From the NCBI GenBank assembly GCA_944336475.1, contig CALVLD010000004.1:24601-88600 (forward strand): 64,000 nucleotides of DNA, given 5' to 3'. Below are positions 46,057 to 55,117 of this stretch, one piece after another (the first letter of the stretch is position 1; the number at the start of each line of letters is the position of its first letter). Under the pieces are notes generated by a model, which searched no databases, was not told where the DNA came from, and saw only the letters and a list, made by a program, of their open reading frames with translations. The position numbers and the translations under genes are program-made. The stretch comes from an uncultured Clostridia bacterium (lineage in GTDB: Bacteria; Bacillota; Clostridia; Christensenellales; CAG-138).

Positions 46057-46854
46057 TTATCCATCACCCATATCTGCCTTAACATAATGGATATAGGTGT
46101 AGTCACTATGCGCCTCGGCTGTCTTAACAAGAAACTCATGCGCCTCGTCCCTGAGCTTTTGTCGAGCTTCGGTAAATGGCAGACTGCTGTCCGGATACAT
46201 GGGGTCGCTGATGTAAGCAGTTCGCCGAGGACTATTTATGAAGCCCAATATGCCACGGCGGCGTTGATATGTTACGCATACCGCAACTATCGGTTTGTTC
46301 CAAAGAGCCGGATACCTGAATGAGCCTGCCTTGAAGTCCCGCACAAATATGCAATAAGGCCATATGTGAGCCTCAGGGAAAATTCCGATGGCACGACCGC
46401 TATCGACCCGGCTTCTCATAGCCGCCATAAATTCCTCCATGCCGTCTCTGCCGGATGGAAGTGGAATTGCCCCCAACATCTGAACCAAGGTTCGCAGACC
46501 CTTTATGGAGACGGCATCCGGGCTTGTCACCACATGTGCCTTCTTGGGAAAGGCAACAAGAGGGGAGAGGAAGGCATCGCTGATATGGGTGTGGTTTGCA
46601 TAGATGAAATAACCAGTATTGCGGACTTTCCTCAACGCCCTGCGGTTCTTGAACCTGAAGCCGCAGCCAACATAGCAGAATATTGCAATGAGCGGTGCTG
46701 CAACAAGGTAGTATGCCAACCATTCACCAATACGCCAGAGCAAGCCGGCCGGCTTAAACGGGAAGGAGGAATCTATCTTAAGCGGCTTAATGCTTGTACC
46801 TGCAAAATCGTCATTGAGAGCGTCGCTGTAGTATACGACCTTTTCCTTTTTCAT
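46057..46854 (-). CDS. Lysophospholipid/glycerolipid acyltransferase family (HX4D) membrane-associated protein
   Basis: N-terminal hydrophobic segment, HX4D motif ANHTHISDAF and second motif GIFPEAH. Its start overlaps the GT4 stop (ATGA). Confidence 0.82.
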   Translation of the reverse strand: MKKEKVVYYSDALNDDFAGTSIKPLKIDSSFPFKPAGLLWRIGEWLAYYLVAAPLIAIFCYVGCGFRFKNRRALRKVRNTGYFIYANHTHISDAFLSPLVAFPKKAHVVTSPDAVSIKGLRTLVQMLGAIPLPSGRDGMEEFMAAMRSRVDSGRAIGIFPEAHIWPYCIFVRDFKAGSFRYPALWNKPIVAVCVTYQRRRGILGFINSPRRTAYISDPMYPDSSLPFTEARQKLRDEAHEFLVKTAEAHSDYTYIHYVKADMGDG

Positions 46855-48026
46855 ATCTCAGCAAACTCTTCGGTCTCAGACCTTGACCTTATGCGTGTGG
46901 CGGCAATGTTATCGAGTATCATCGACTCCATAGCATCCATGCAACAGTCGAAATCAAACTGCCTTGCATAGTTGATATAGCTTTGGCTGCACTTACAGCG
47001 CTCCTCCGGATGATCAAGCCACCAGTCTATCCGCACAGCAAGGTCGCTTGAATCGTTGCATCTGAAGAGGTTCATGTCGCTCTTTGCAAAGTAGCGTGTT
47101 GCGCTGCGCAGAGAGTTGCAGATAACCGGTACAACACCACAGGAAATCGCCTCCAGGCAAGCTATCGCTTCAATTTCGATCTCGGCAGGATGGACATACA
47201 GATGAGCGCAGTTGAGAAGCCGCACCATCTCCTCCCTTGAGAAAAACCTGAATATCGGTCGAATCGGCAGTCGCTCAGAATACTCAATTAATTCCTTGCG
47301 AAGCGGGCCGTCACCTGCACAAACCAGCTGTATTTTATCTGCATGGCGGCTTTTGGCAATCGCATCTATAAGCACCTTGTGGCATTTCTCTCGGCTGAGT
47401 CTTCCGGTGAAAACCACAAGAAACTTATCTTCGAGCTCTGAGGGCATCTGCACTGAGCGGCGGACGAAAGCCTTGTTTACGCCATTGGAGATCACACAGT
47501 GGGGCGTTGCATGGCCGATCTCCTGCTCAAACACATCGCATATGAACTGCGAAGGATAGTGGATGCAGCCGGCATACCTGTACAAACTCCTGTAGAATAC
47601 TTTGTACATCAGATGGTTCATCCAATGAGCGTTCATCAGGAAAATGTGGTTGGTAAAGTTCTCCGCTTGGCAGTGAAAGCCGGCTGTAATTGGGATACCC
47701 AGCTCAAACGCTATCCTTGCTGCCAACGATGACAGAAAGAACGGCGTCATAATATGCACCGCATCCACTCCATGCAAAGCCAGGCGAAGCATATCCTCGT
47801 CTGCTTGTGCAATTCGAACCCCATTTCTGCTCACATAGCCGTTTAACGGGCCGAAATCGATCGGATGCACAACATAGTACCCTTCTTCGCCGTTGCGGTT
47901 ACTATCAGGACAAACAACACGAACCGTATGCCCCTTCGCACGCATGGAGCGTATGAGGTTCATGGCAGCAATGGTCGTACCATTATTCTCCTTTCCAAGA
48001 ACATCGCAAATAACTGCAAGTATCAT
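46851..48026 (-). CDS. GT4-family (GT-B) glycosyltransferase
   Basis: The ATG at 48026 has AAGGAGGG 4 nt upstream. MILAVICDVLGKENNGTTIAAMNLI... EX7E motif EIEAIACLE near the C-terminus. Confidence 0.86.
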   Translation of the reverse strand: MILAVICDVLGKENNGTTIAAMNLIRSMRAKGHTVRVVCPDSNRNGEEGYYVVHPIDFGPLNGYVSRNGVRIAQADEDMLRLALHGVDAVHIMTPFFLSSLAARIAFELGIPITAGFHCQAENFTNHIFLMNAHWMNHLMYKVFYRSLYRYAGCIHYPSQFICDVFEQEIGHATPHCVISNGVNKAFVRRSVQMPSELEDKFLVVFTGRLSREKCHKVLIDAIAKSRHADKIQLVCAGDGPLRKELIEYSERLPIRPIFRFFSREEMVRLLNCAHLYVHPAEIEIEAIACLEAISCGVVPVICNSLRSATRYFAKSDMNLFRCNDSSDLAVRIDWWLDHPEERCKCSQSYINYARQFDFDCCMDAMESMILDNIAATRIRSRSETEEFAEI

Positions 48027-48239
48027 AACACCCTCCTTATAATTCGCAAACAACAAACAGCCCACGCACTGCCCTTGATCTGCGTCATAAGAAGGGGAAG
48101 ATACCGAAAGAATTAAATAATAAATCCTGTGTTGACGCCATCGGTCAAAGCGTATGTGCAGAAAACTGCTGCCGTCCGCATTGTTATTGAATTTCAGTTA
48201 AATTAGACTGAGCCTTTACAAAAACCTCCTATAAAACAT
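48027..48239 (-). promoter_or_regulatory. Long (~210 nt) 5' leader of the GT4 operon with an anti-SD element
   Basis: Lies between the consensus promoter and the start codon. The pyrimidine tract CCCUUCUUA (plus-strand 48088-48096, within the CUUCCCCUUCUUA run at 48088-48100) is complementary, 9 bp with one G-U, to the SD UAAGGAGGG (plus 48031-48039). There is an internal hairpin UUGAC-N7-GUCAA. Confidence 0.4.
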
Positions 48240-48245
48240 GATTTT

Positions 48246-48274
48246 ATTATAAAGCAACGCTAAAACGCTGTCAA
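48246..48274 (-). promoter_or_regulatory. Consensus sigma-A promoter for the GT4-acyltransferase-ABC operon
   Basis: Minus strand: TTGACA (48274-48269), exactly 17 nt, then TATAAT (48251-48246). Both hexamers are perfect. Confidence 0.7.
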
Positions 48275-48332
48275 TACTTAGAAAACCGCAACGGTAAAAA
48301 TTTACAAACAGGTCAAAATGTACACCAAAACG

Positions 48333-48352
48333 CCAGACAAAGAATAATCTGG
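48333..48352 (-). terminator. Weak candidate terminator after pbp2
   Basis: Minus strand: CCAGA-ttattctttg-TCTGG followed by cgTTTTgg, directly after the stop codon. The stem is only 5 bp. Confidence 0.3.
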
Positions 48353-48353
48353 T

Positions 48354-50900
48354 CTATGGCGTCACAGAATTAACGTCGGGAAGCGTCTCCGGAGCCTGTG
48401 AATATAGAGTAGTAAAATAGTAGGTTAGGATATCTTCAACGGCACCCGCGGAGGAGCTGCCTGAAAGACCGTTGGGTATACAGACAACAATGACGATATC
48501 AGGGTCATCATTCGGTGCAAATGCGACGAACCAGCTTGTGTTTTGAATGTCTATCGTTACACCACCGACCTGTGCAGAGCCGGTTTTGCCGCTTGTGAGA
48601 GCAAGGTAGCCGAGCTCAGCATACTCGCTGCTGAATGCATCTGATGCAGTACCCCTATCCTCGGGGGAAACGACACCGGCCATGCCCTGACGCAGTGCTT
48701 CCCAATACTCCTCCGGAGCCTCGATCTCATTAAATATGGTAGGCTCTACATTTAGTATCTCATCACCATCTGGAGAAGTGACCGATTCGACTATATGGGC
48801 ATCGAATACTGTGCCGCCGTTTGCAATGGCTGAAACATATCTAGCCACGGCGATTGGCGTGACAAGCATTATGCCCTGACCAATGCCGGTACGAATAGTG
48901 TACGATGCTTTCCACTGCAGCTCGGCAAGCAAAGAGGTGATCTGGCTGTCCCAACCCTGCGCACGGGAGATTCCATCCGGGATACCAAGGTTTACGGAGA
49001 GTATCTGTCGTACCTGAGATCCCTTACCTGTAAGGGATCCGTCCTGCAGCACCATAAGCTCTTGCGCACATTTTGATACTGCTGCTTCATCAACCTCCAC
49101 GCCACGGATTGTCTGATAGTTGCGAAGCAGGCGAACAAGGCTGCGATAGACAAGCAGGGGGAGCGACGTGTCCTGGTCGTTATATGCACGGGTATTGTCA
49201 TACATGGCTGTCTGACCGCCGATGATCCCCTGAGCTTCACCTGTCAATTCAATGTTAGTCTTATCCGCAAGACCGAGCTTGCCAGCCCAGTCAACAAGGC
49301 GGTCGATGCCAAGGCGATACGAAACCTCATAAAAATAGTAGTTGCACGAGTTTAGAACCGCCTTGACTATATTTTGATCCGTATGATTCCACGGGTACTG
49401 TGTCCAGCAGTTTGCATTGGTATCAACCGGCTTGCCAGTTGATTCATCTATATATATGTATGGGGATTCGTCATCGATGGTCTCATCTATATCTACCACG
49501 CCCTCCATGAGCCCTGCAAGGCCAGTGCACATTTTGAAAACAGAGCCAAGCGCCAGCTTCATCGATATCGCCTTATTTCTTGTTGGAGTTGTGCGGTCGG
49601 CAAAATCATCGTCAATGTCCGGATCTCCGTAAAGATACAGCACCTGATCGTCGGTAAGACCGCTGATGAACCAGTTAGGATCAAAGCTCGGGTAGCTTGC
49701 CATTGAAAGCACCTGGCCGGAATTGCAGTCCATGACCACAATGGCGCCCATCTCCGCAAGGTCTATCTCGTCATATTCGGCATATTCACCATCATAAACG
49801 CCGTCTCCGTCAGGGTCAATGAGGTTTTGCTGCTTTTCATGGATATGCTGAATAATATCTTCAAGCGCCTGCTCGGTTACAATTTGGAACGGCAGATCTA
49901 TGGTCAATGTCACGTCATTGCCGTCGGAAGCAGGAGAGGAGGATACGGTATTGACTATTGCTCCGTTAGAATTGACCTCGAGTACAACAGAGCCGTGGTG
50001 CTCCGTTGTAGCTCCGGTAAGATACTCTTCCATAGTAGCTTCTATACCTGACACGCCAATGAAGTCATCATACGAGTAGCCAAGCTCCAATAGAGTCTCT
50101 GCATTTTCCGCACTCATTTTCTGACAATAGCCGACTATATGAGCGGCTACTTCACCATATGGATAAACTCTGGTAGTGCTCTGCGCAGTCTGAAGTCCGG
50201 GGAGCTCATCTGCCATCATCTCTATTCTTGCAACGACATCAAGACTTACATCGTAAGCTATCGTAATAGGCATATACGCTCTGTAATTGTTCAGCAGCAC
50301 CTCCTGCCGGATAGAAATTATCTTGCGTGCTTCATCAAAATCGAGTTCCTCCGGTATGTACCAAAGCTCTCTTAAACGTAGGTATGCATCTTCGGCGCTT
50401 ATCCATGTGCTCATATCATCGGGATCCGGCATTGCAAAACCCATTACATTGCAGAAATTGCGGTATCTCGACTTTATGAACGTTTCGCTCGTTACGCCAA
50501 AGTCATAGTAGATATTACCGTCTTCATCCATGCAGATATATGAGGTGTCGATGGTCTTACCGCCGCCATCCTCAATGATTTTGATAGCTTTAATCAGCGC
50601 TTCAGTATAGACAGCGCTATAATAATCGGTACGATTATTAGCATTCCTCAAAAACTCAACATTGAAGCATGTCTCGTCATATGCAAGAACAAGACCGTTT
50701 CGATCAAGCACTCTACCGCGCTTGCCCTTTGTAATGACCGTGCGACTGGACATATCGCCTGCCTCTTCGGCAAGTTGCTCACCCTGGCCAAGCGTTACTC
50801 GAGCAAGCTGAAATATCAAAGCGGACATCATCAATAGAAAAATGACTGTGAGTGCGATAAATCGAGATATTGGCTTTTTTGAGGTTTCTGAGGGCTTCAT
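48354..50900 (-). CDS. mrdA: Penicillin-binding protein 2 (class B elongation transpeptidase)
   Basis: N-terminal TM anchor, PBP dimerisation domain and transpeptidase motifs SVFK (SxxK), SCN (SxN) and KTGS (KTG). Located immediately after mreC-mreD. Confidence 0.9.
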   Translation of the reverse strand: MKPSETSKKPISRFIALTVIFLLMMSALIFQLARVTLGQGEQLAEEAGDMSSRTVITKGKRGRVLDRNGLVLAYDETCFNVEFLRNANNRTDYYSAVYTEALIKAIKIIEDGGGKTIDTSYICMDEDGNIYYDFGVTSETFIKSRYRNFCNVMGFAMPDPDDMSTWISAEDAYLRLRELWYIPEELDFDEARKIISIRQEVLLNNYRAYMPITIAYDVSLDVVARIEMMADELPGLQTAQSTTRVYPYGEVAAHIVGYCQKMSAENAETLLELGYSYDDFIGVSGIEATMEEYLTGATTEHHGSVVLEVNSNGAIVNTVSSSPASDGNDVTLTIDLPFQIVTEQALEDIIQHIHEKQQNLIDPDGDGVYDGEYAEYDEIDLAEMGAIVVMDCNSGQVLSMASYPSFDPNWFISGLTDDQVLYLYGDPDIDDDFADRTTPTRNKAISMKLALGSVFKMCTGLAGLMEGVVDIDETIDDESPYIYIDESTGKPVDTNANCWTQYPWNHTDQNIVKAVLNSCNYYFYEVSYRLGIDRLVDWAGKLGLADKTNIELTGEAQGIIGGQTAMYDNTRAYNDQDTSLPLLVYRSLVRLLRNYQTIRGVEVDEAAVSKCAQELMVLQDGSLTGKGSQVRQILSVNLGIPDGISRAQGWDSQITSLLAELQWKASYTIRTGIGQGIMLVTPIAVARYVSAIANGGTVFDAHIVESVTSPDGDEILNVEPTIFNEIEAPEEYWEALRQGMAGVVSPEDRGTASDAFSSEYAELGYLALTSGKTGSAQVGGVTIDIQNTSWFVAFAPNDDPDIVIVVCIPNGLSGSSSAGAVEDILTYYFTTLYSQAPETLPDVNSVTP

Positions 50901-51421
50901 TTCTCGCCTTTCTTATCAAGTTTTATGGCGCCCTGTCTCCAGAGGGGACGATAGAGTACACGCTTGGACAGCATATGAAGCAATGCGCAGAATCCACCGG
51001 TAAACAGGGCAGAAGGGATAATATAGGAGAACAGCATAAGTGGATAGTTCACACTTGAGCCAAGGAGCACAGTACAGAGCAGGAGCAGATGCTCCTTTAC
51101 AAACAGTGCCACGGTCGCAATTACAGTCGGTATCACAATGTTGTCAGCATAGAACTTTTTGAAGAAAAGTCCGCCGGTAATACCTGCCAGCATGTAAACG
51201 GCCGAAGAAATACCGACAATCTTATTGAAAAAAACATCAAGTATAAAACCCATGCCGAAGCCGATGGCCGCTGACGGCGCCCCGCCTATAAGAACGCCGA
51301 GGGATACAACGAGCGCCATGGTAACATCGGGTCTTATGCCGAACAGATTGACTATGTTGAAGAAGGTGGAATCAAGGTATAGGGCAATTACTATAAAAAG
51401 TACCAGCAACCATTTTCTCAT
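50897..51421 (-). CDS. mreD: Rod shape-determining protein MreD
   Basis: 174 aa polytopic membrane protein between mreC and pbp2, with start/stop overlaps on both sides. Confidence 0.82.
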   Translation of the reverse strand: MRKWLLVLFIVIALYLDSTFFNIVNLFGIRPDVTMALVVSLGVLIGGAPSAAIGFGMGFILDVFFNKIVGISSAVYMLAGITGGLFFKKFYADNIVIPTVIATVALFVKEHLLLLCTVLLGSSVNYPLMLFSYIIPSALFTGGFCALLHMLSKRVLYRPLWRQGAIKLDKKGEK

Positions 51422-52263
51422 TCTGCGGCACCCCCGAAATCAGTTATTACCATTACCTCCTCAAGATGAAGAAAATCGACCGAAGTTGATATTATGGCGT
51501 TAACTCCGCTGCTCTCACTGTCGAGCATGACCTCTTTAACGGTGCCGACAAGCAACCCCTTTGGATACAGTCCGCCGATGCCGCTGGTTATTACGATGTC
51601 CCCCGGCACCAGATCGGTCAAGTCAGTGGGAAGATAATAGAGCTCCAATTCGCTTGAATCATTTGTGGCAGACATAACGCCTCGCACCATGCAATTATCC
51701 CTTGTACGCTCTATCATGGTAGCAACCGTTATCGTGGAGTCGATGATTGAAGTGACCTTACACCAATTTGCACCGAGATCTGTCACCTTGCCGACAAGCC
51801 CGTCACCACAGATCACAGGCATGTCAAGTTCAATACCTTGGTTACGTCCTGCATTTATCGTTATGACATCAAACCACACGCCATTTGATCTTCCTATAAC
51901 GCTGGCGGTGACATACTCGTATTCGCCGAATGTATCGGAATAGTTAAGGAGCTGACGAAGGCGCTCATTTTCCTCTTTAAGCTCTGCATAGTCGACCATG
52001 GTCTGCTCATACAGGGCAAGCTGCTGCTGAAGCCTTGCGTTCTCAAGATCGGTATCAGTTGTGTTGAAAATGTCCGCAAAAAAATCGGCAATGGCGTTTG
52101 AGACATCTGTTGCAAACGTCTGAATGGGCCGTACTATGTCTCCGATGGTGCTTTCAAGCCATGGTATAGTGCGAGAGCCTGCTGAAAGAAAGGCAAGCAC
52201 AACCAGCACGACCAGGGCAATGACCGCAATCAGTACCGATTTGTTTGAAAACAGTTTTTTCAA
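51418..52263 (-). CDS. mreC: Rod shape-determining protein MreC
   Basis: TTG start with GGAGG 7 nt upstream. TM anchor and coiled-coil (LENARLQQQLALYEQ...EENERLRQLL). Beta-barrel motifs GDGLVGKVTD and ITSGIGGLYPKGLLVGTV. Confidence 0.92.
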   Translation of the reverse strand: MKKLFSNKSVLIAVIALVVLVVLAFLSAGSRTIPWLESTIGDIVRPIQTFATDVSNAIADFFADIFNTTDTDLENARLQQQLALYEQTMVDYAELKEENERLRQLLNYSDTFGEYEYVTASVIGRSNGVWFDVITINAGRNQGIELDMPVICGDGLVGKVTDLGANWCKVTSIIDSTITVATMIERTRDNCMVRGVMSATNDSSELELYYLPTDLTDLVPGDIVITSGIGGLYPKGLLVGTVKEVMLDSESSGVNAIISTSVDFLHLEEVMVITDFGGAAE

Positions 52264-52291
52264 CGCACATCCTCCGATAGAGCCTTAAATA

Positions 52292-52320
52292 ATTATAATC
52301 CACTTTCTCAGCTTTAGCAA
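52292..52320 (-). promoter_or_regulatory. Sigma-A promoter for mreC-mreD-pbp2
   Basis: Minus strand: TTGCTA, 17-nt spacer, TATAAT. Confidence 0.6.
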
Positions 52321-52383
52321 GCATTTGCAAGCAATAGTCACAAGTCTTTAACAATTGCATCACGAATTCGTTTGATTTTTGTG

Positions 52384-52412
52384 TTGAAATAATGGTGATC
52401 ATCCTTTATAAT
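52384..52412 (+). promoter_or_regulatory. Sigma-A promoter for glpK
   Basis: TTGAAA (52384-52389), 17-nt spacer, TATAAT (52407-52412). Confidence 0.6.
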
Positions 52413-52457
52413 TCTGGACAAGAGTAAACTGCTATCATTCGAAAGGTGGTATGCCGT

Positions 52458-53972
52458 ATGGCAAAGTATGTTCTTGCTCTTGACCAAGGAACCACAAGCT
52501 CGCGCGCAATACTGTTCGACAGGTTTGGTGGCATACATGGAAATGCACAGATGGAGTTCAAACAGTACTATCCTGAATCTGGTTGGGTCGAGCATGATCC
52601 TATGGAGATACTGCGCAGCCAGAAGCTTGCGGTCACGGCCGCTATGGAGCAGCGGGGTATTGACCCAATGGATATTGCAGCTATAGGCATAACAAATCAA
52701 CGCGAGACCACTATCATCTGGGATAAGCACACGGGCATTCCCGTCTATAATGCTATTGTCTGGCAATGCAGGCGAACGGCGGATATCTGCGAGAGGCTTA
52801 TTGCTGATGGTCTTTTGGCGCATGTGCGGGAACGTACTGGACTGTTAATTGATGCGTATTTCTCCGCTACAAAAATTAAATGGATACTTGATAATGTTCC
52901 GGGCGCGAGAGCTCGTGCCGAGAGAGGCGACCTTTTGTTTGGCACTGTCGATACTTGGCTTACATGGTGGCTTACCGGCGGAAAGGTTCATGCAACAGAT
53001 TATTCAAACGCATCACGAACCATGCTGTTTGATATTGACCGTCTCTGCTGGGACGAGCGCCTTTTAAAGGCTCTCGATATACCTGCCTGCATTTTGCCGG
53101 AGGTTGTTCCCTCAAGTGGTGTTTTGGGCTATGTTGCAAATGGCATCAGCGGTCTTGAAGCACTTGCCGGCATACCAATATCGGGCATTGCCGGCGATCA
53201 GCAGGCGGCATTATTCGGACAGGCATGTTTCTCAAGCGGCAAGGCAAAAAATACATACGGCACCGGATGCTTCCTTGTAATGAACATGGGCAAACGATCC
53301 GTTCGAAGTAAAAACGGGCTGTTGACAACTATTGCGTGGGGCTTGAGCGAGGGTGGTGTAGACTATGCTCTTGAGGGGAGCATATTTAACGGCGGAAGCG
53401 TCATTAAATGGCTTCGTGACGGACTTGGGCTGATAAAGTCTGCTCCAGAGGTAAACATACTTGCTGAAAGCGTCCCGAACTCTGGCGGCGTTATTTTTGT
53501 GCCTGCATTTACCGGCCTCGGTGCTCCGTATTGGGACATGTACGCAAGGGGCGCAATGTTCGGCATTACCCGTGCAACCACATCCGCCCACATCGCAAGA
53601 GCCGTGCTTGACAGCATTGCATTTCAGGTAACGGATCTCTTACGCGCAATGGAGGATGACACAGGCTCGGCGCTCACGGAGCTCCGTGTAGACGGGGGAG
53701 CTTCCGTTTCAAATGTACTTATGCAGATACAGGCAGATATGCTTGGCGTGAATATAAACCGCCCGCAGGTCGTGGAGACCACGGCGCTCGGTGCGGCGTA
53801 TATGGCGGGTCTTGCCGTGGGATTTTGGTCAAGCATTGAGGACATTGAGGTGAACCGACGTGTAGAGCGGATATTTACTCCCACTATTTCGGATGAACAG
53901 CGCAGTGCCGACTATGCCCTGTGGCAAAGGGCCGTCGGGCGCTCTGGAAGATGGATAAGCACAACAGATTAA
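52458..53972 (+). CDS. glpK: Glycerol kinase
   Basis: [30 protein letters not shown] and the FGGY-family C-terminus. Confidence 0.97.
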   Translation: MAKYVLALDQGTTSSRAILFDRFGGIHGNAQMEFKQYYPESGWVEHDPMEILRSQKLAVTAAMEQRGIDPMDIAAIGITNQRETTIIWDKHTGIPVYNAIVWQCRRTADICERLIADGLLAHVRERTGLLIDAYFSATKIKWILDNVPGARARAERGDLLFGTVDTWLTWWLTGGKVHATDYSNASRTMLFDIDRLCWDERLLKALDIPACILPEVVPSSGVLGYVANGISGLEALAGIPISGIAGDQQAALFGQACFSSGKAKNTYGTGCFLVMNMGKRSVRSKNGLLTTIAWGLSEGGVDYALEGSIFNGGSVIKWLRDGLGLIKSAPEVNILAESVPNSGGVIFVPAFTGLGAPYWDMYARGAMFGITRATTSAHIARAVLDSIAFQVTDLLRAMEDDTGSALTELRVDGGASVSNVLMQIQADMLGVNINRPQVVETTALGAAYMAGLAVGFWSSIEDIEVNRRVERIFTPTISDEQRSADYALWQRAVGRSGRWISTTD

Positions 53973-53998
53973 ATTATTATTAGGAGGACTTTTTATTT

Positions 53999-55117
53999 AT
54001 GGAGACAAGACCTTATATCCCTTGGCGGATGATCGGCGATTTTATGCGTGACGCATTCGTAGCATGCGGCATACCCGAAAAGGATGCGCTGATATGTGCG
54101 GATGTGCTCATGGAGAGCGACCGTCGTGGTATTGAAAGTCACGGCTGTAATAGATTCAAACCGATCTATATCGATCGCATTCGTGCAGGCATACTCAACC
54201 CCATAACCCGTATCGAGGTGATTAGAGAAACGCCCACCACCGTTGTTATGGATGCCCATGACGGAATGGGTATGGTGGCAAGCCATAAGTGCATGGAGAT
54301 GCTTATCGAAAAGGCAAAGAAAAACGGCCTCGCCATGGGCGCTATAAGGAACTCATCGCATTACGGCATAGCTGGCTATTGGGTCACTATGGCAACCAGG
54401 GAGGGTATGATCGGCTTTACCGGCACTAACGCTCGTCCGAGCATTGCTCCCACGTTTGGAACTGAAAATATGCTCGGGGCAAATCCTTTGACATTTGGGT
54501 TGCCTACGGATGAAGATTTTCCCTTCGTTATCGATTGCGCAACTTCCATAACCCAGCGTGGCAAGATAGAGCACATCGCTCGTAACGGGATGGATACGCC
54601 GGAAGGCATGGTAATAGGCAGCAATGGCGAGGCGCTTACGGACAGCGACGAGATACTCGCTGATCTCATAAACGGAACTGCCGCACTTGCACCCCTTGGC
54701 GGCATAGGCGACAATCTTGCAGGATATAAGGGCTATGGCTATGCAACGGTGGTAGAGGTGCTCTCTGCTGCGCTTGCCGGCGGCAGCTATCTTAAGATGC
54801 TCACGGGATACGACGAAAACGGCAATCGTCGTCCATATCATCTTGGCCACTACTTCCTCGTGGTTGATCCCGACGCATTCTGCGGCCAGGCAGAGTTTAA
54901 AAAGACCTGCGGCGATATTCTGCGTGCACTTCGTTCATCAAAGAAGGCGGATGGCCACGACAGAATATATACTGCTGGGGAGAAGGAGTACCTCTCATGG
55001 CTTGACCGCAGGGATAAGGGCGTTCCTGTAGGCATAGGCGTGCAGAAAGATCTGCTTGCCGTGCGCGACATGTATGATTTGCCGTACAAATTCCCGTTTG
55101 AAGAGTCAAAGGAGTGA
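53999..55117 (+). CDS. Ldh_2-family (malate/L-lactate/ureidoglycolate-type) NAD(P)H oxidoreductase
   Basis: 372 aa. DVLMESDRRGIESHGCNRF..., NSSHYGIAGYW and TNARPSIAPTFG are typical of type-2 malate/lactate dehydrogenases. Confidence 0.86.
   Translation: METRPYIPWRMIGDFMRDAFVACGIPEKDALICADVLMESDRRGIESHGCNRFKPIYIDRIRAGILNPITRIEVIRETPTTVVMDAHDGMGMVASHKCMEMLIEKAKKNGLAMGAIRNSSHYGIAGYWVTMATREGMIGFTGTNARPSIAPTFGTENMLGANPLTFGLPTDEDFPFVIDCATSITQRGKIEHIARNGMDTPEGMVIGSNGEALTDSDEILADLINGTAALAPLGGIGDNLAGYKGYGYATVVEVLSAALAGGSYLKMLTGYDENGNRRPYHLGHYFLVVDPDAFCGQAEFKKTCGDILRALRSSKKADGHDRIYTAGEKEYLSWLDRRDKGVPVGIGVQKDLLAVRDMYDLPYKFPFEESKE

Noticed and set aside
48113-48181. 22-codon ORF (MRTAAVFCTYALTDGVNTGFII) inside the GT4 operon leader, minus strand; a possible leader peptide.
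   Set aside because: There is no SD before its ATG and no run of regulatory codons. I treat it as chance unless Ribo-seq shows otherwise.
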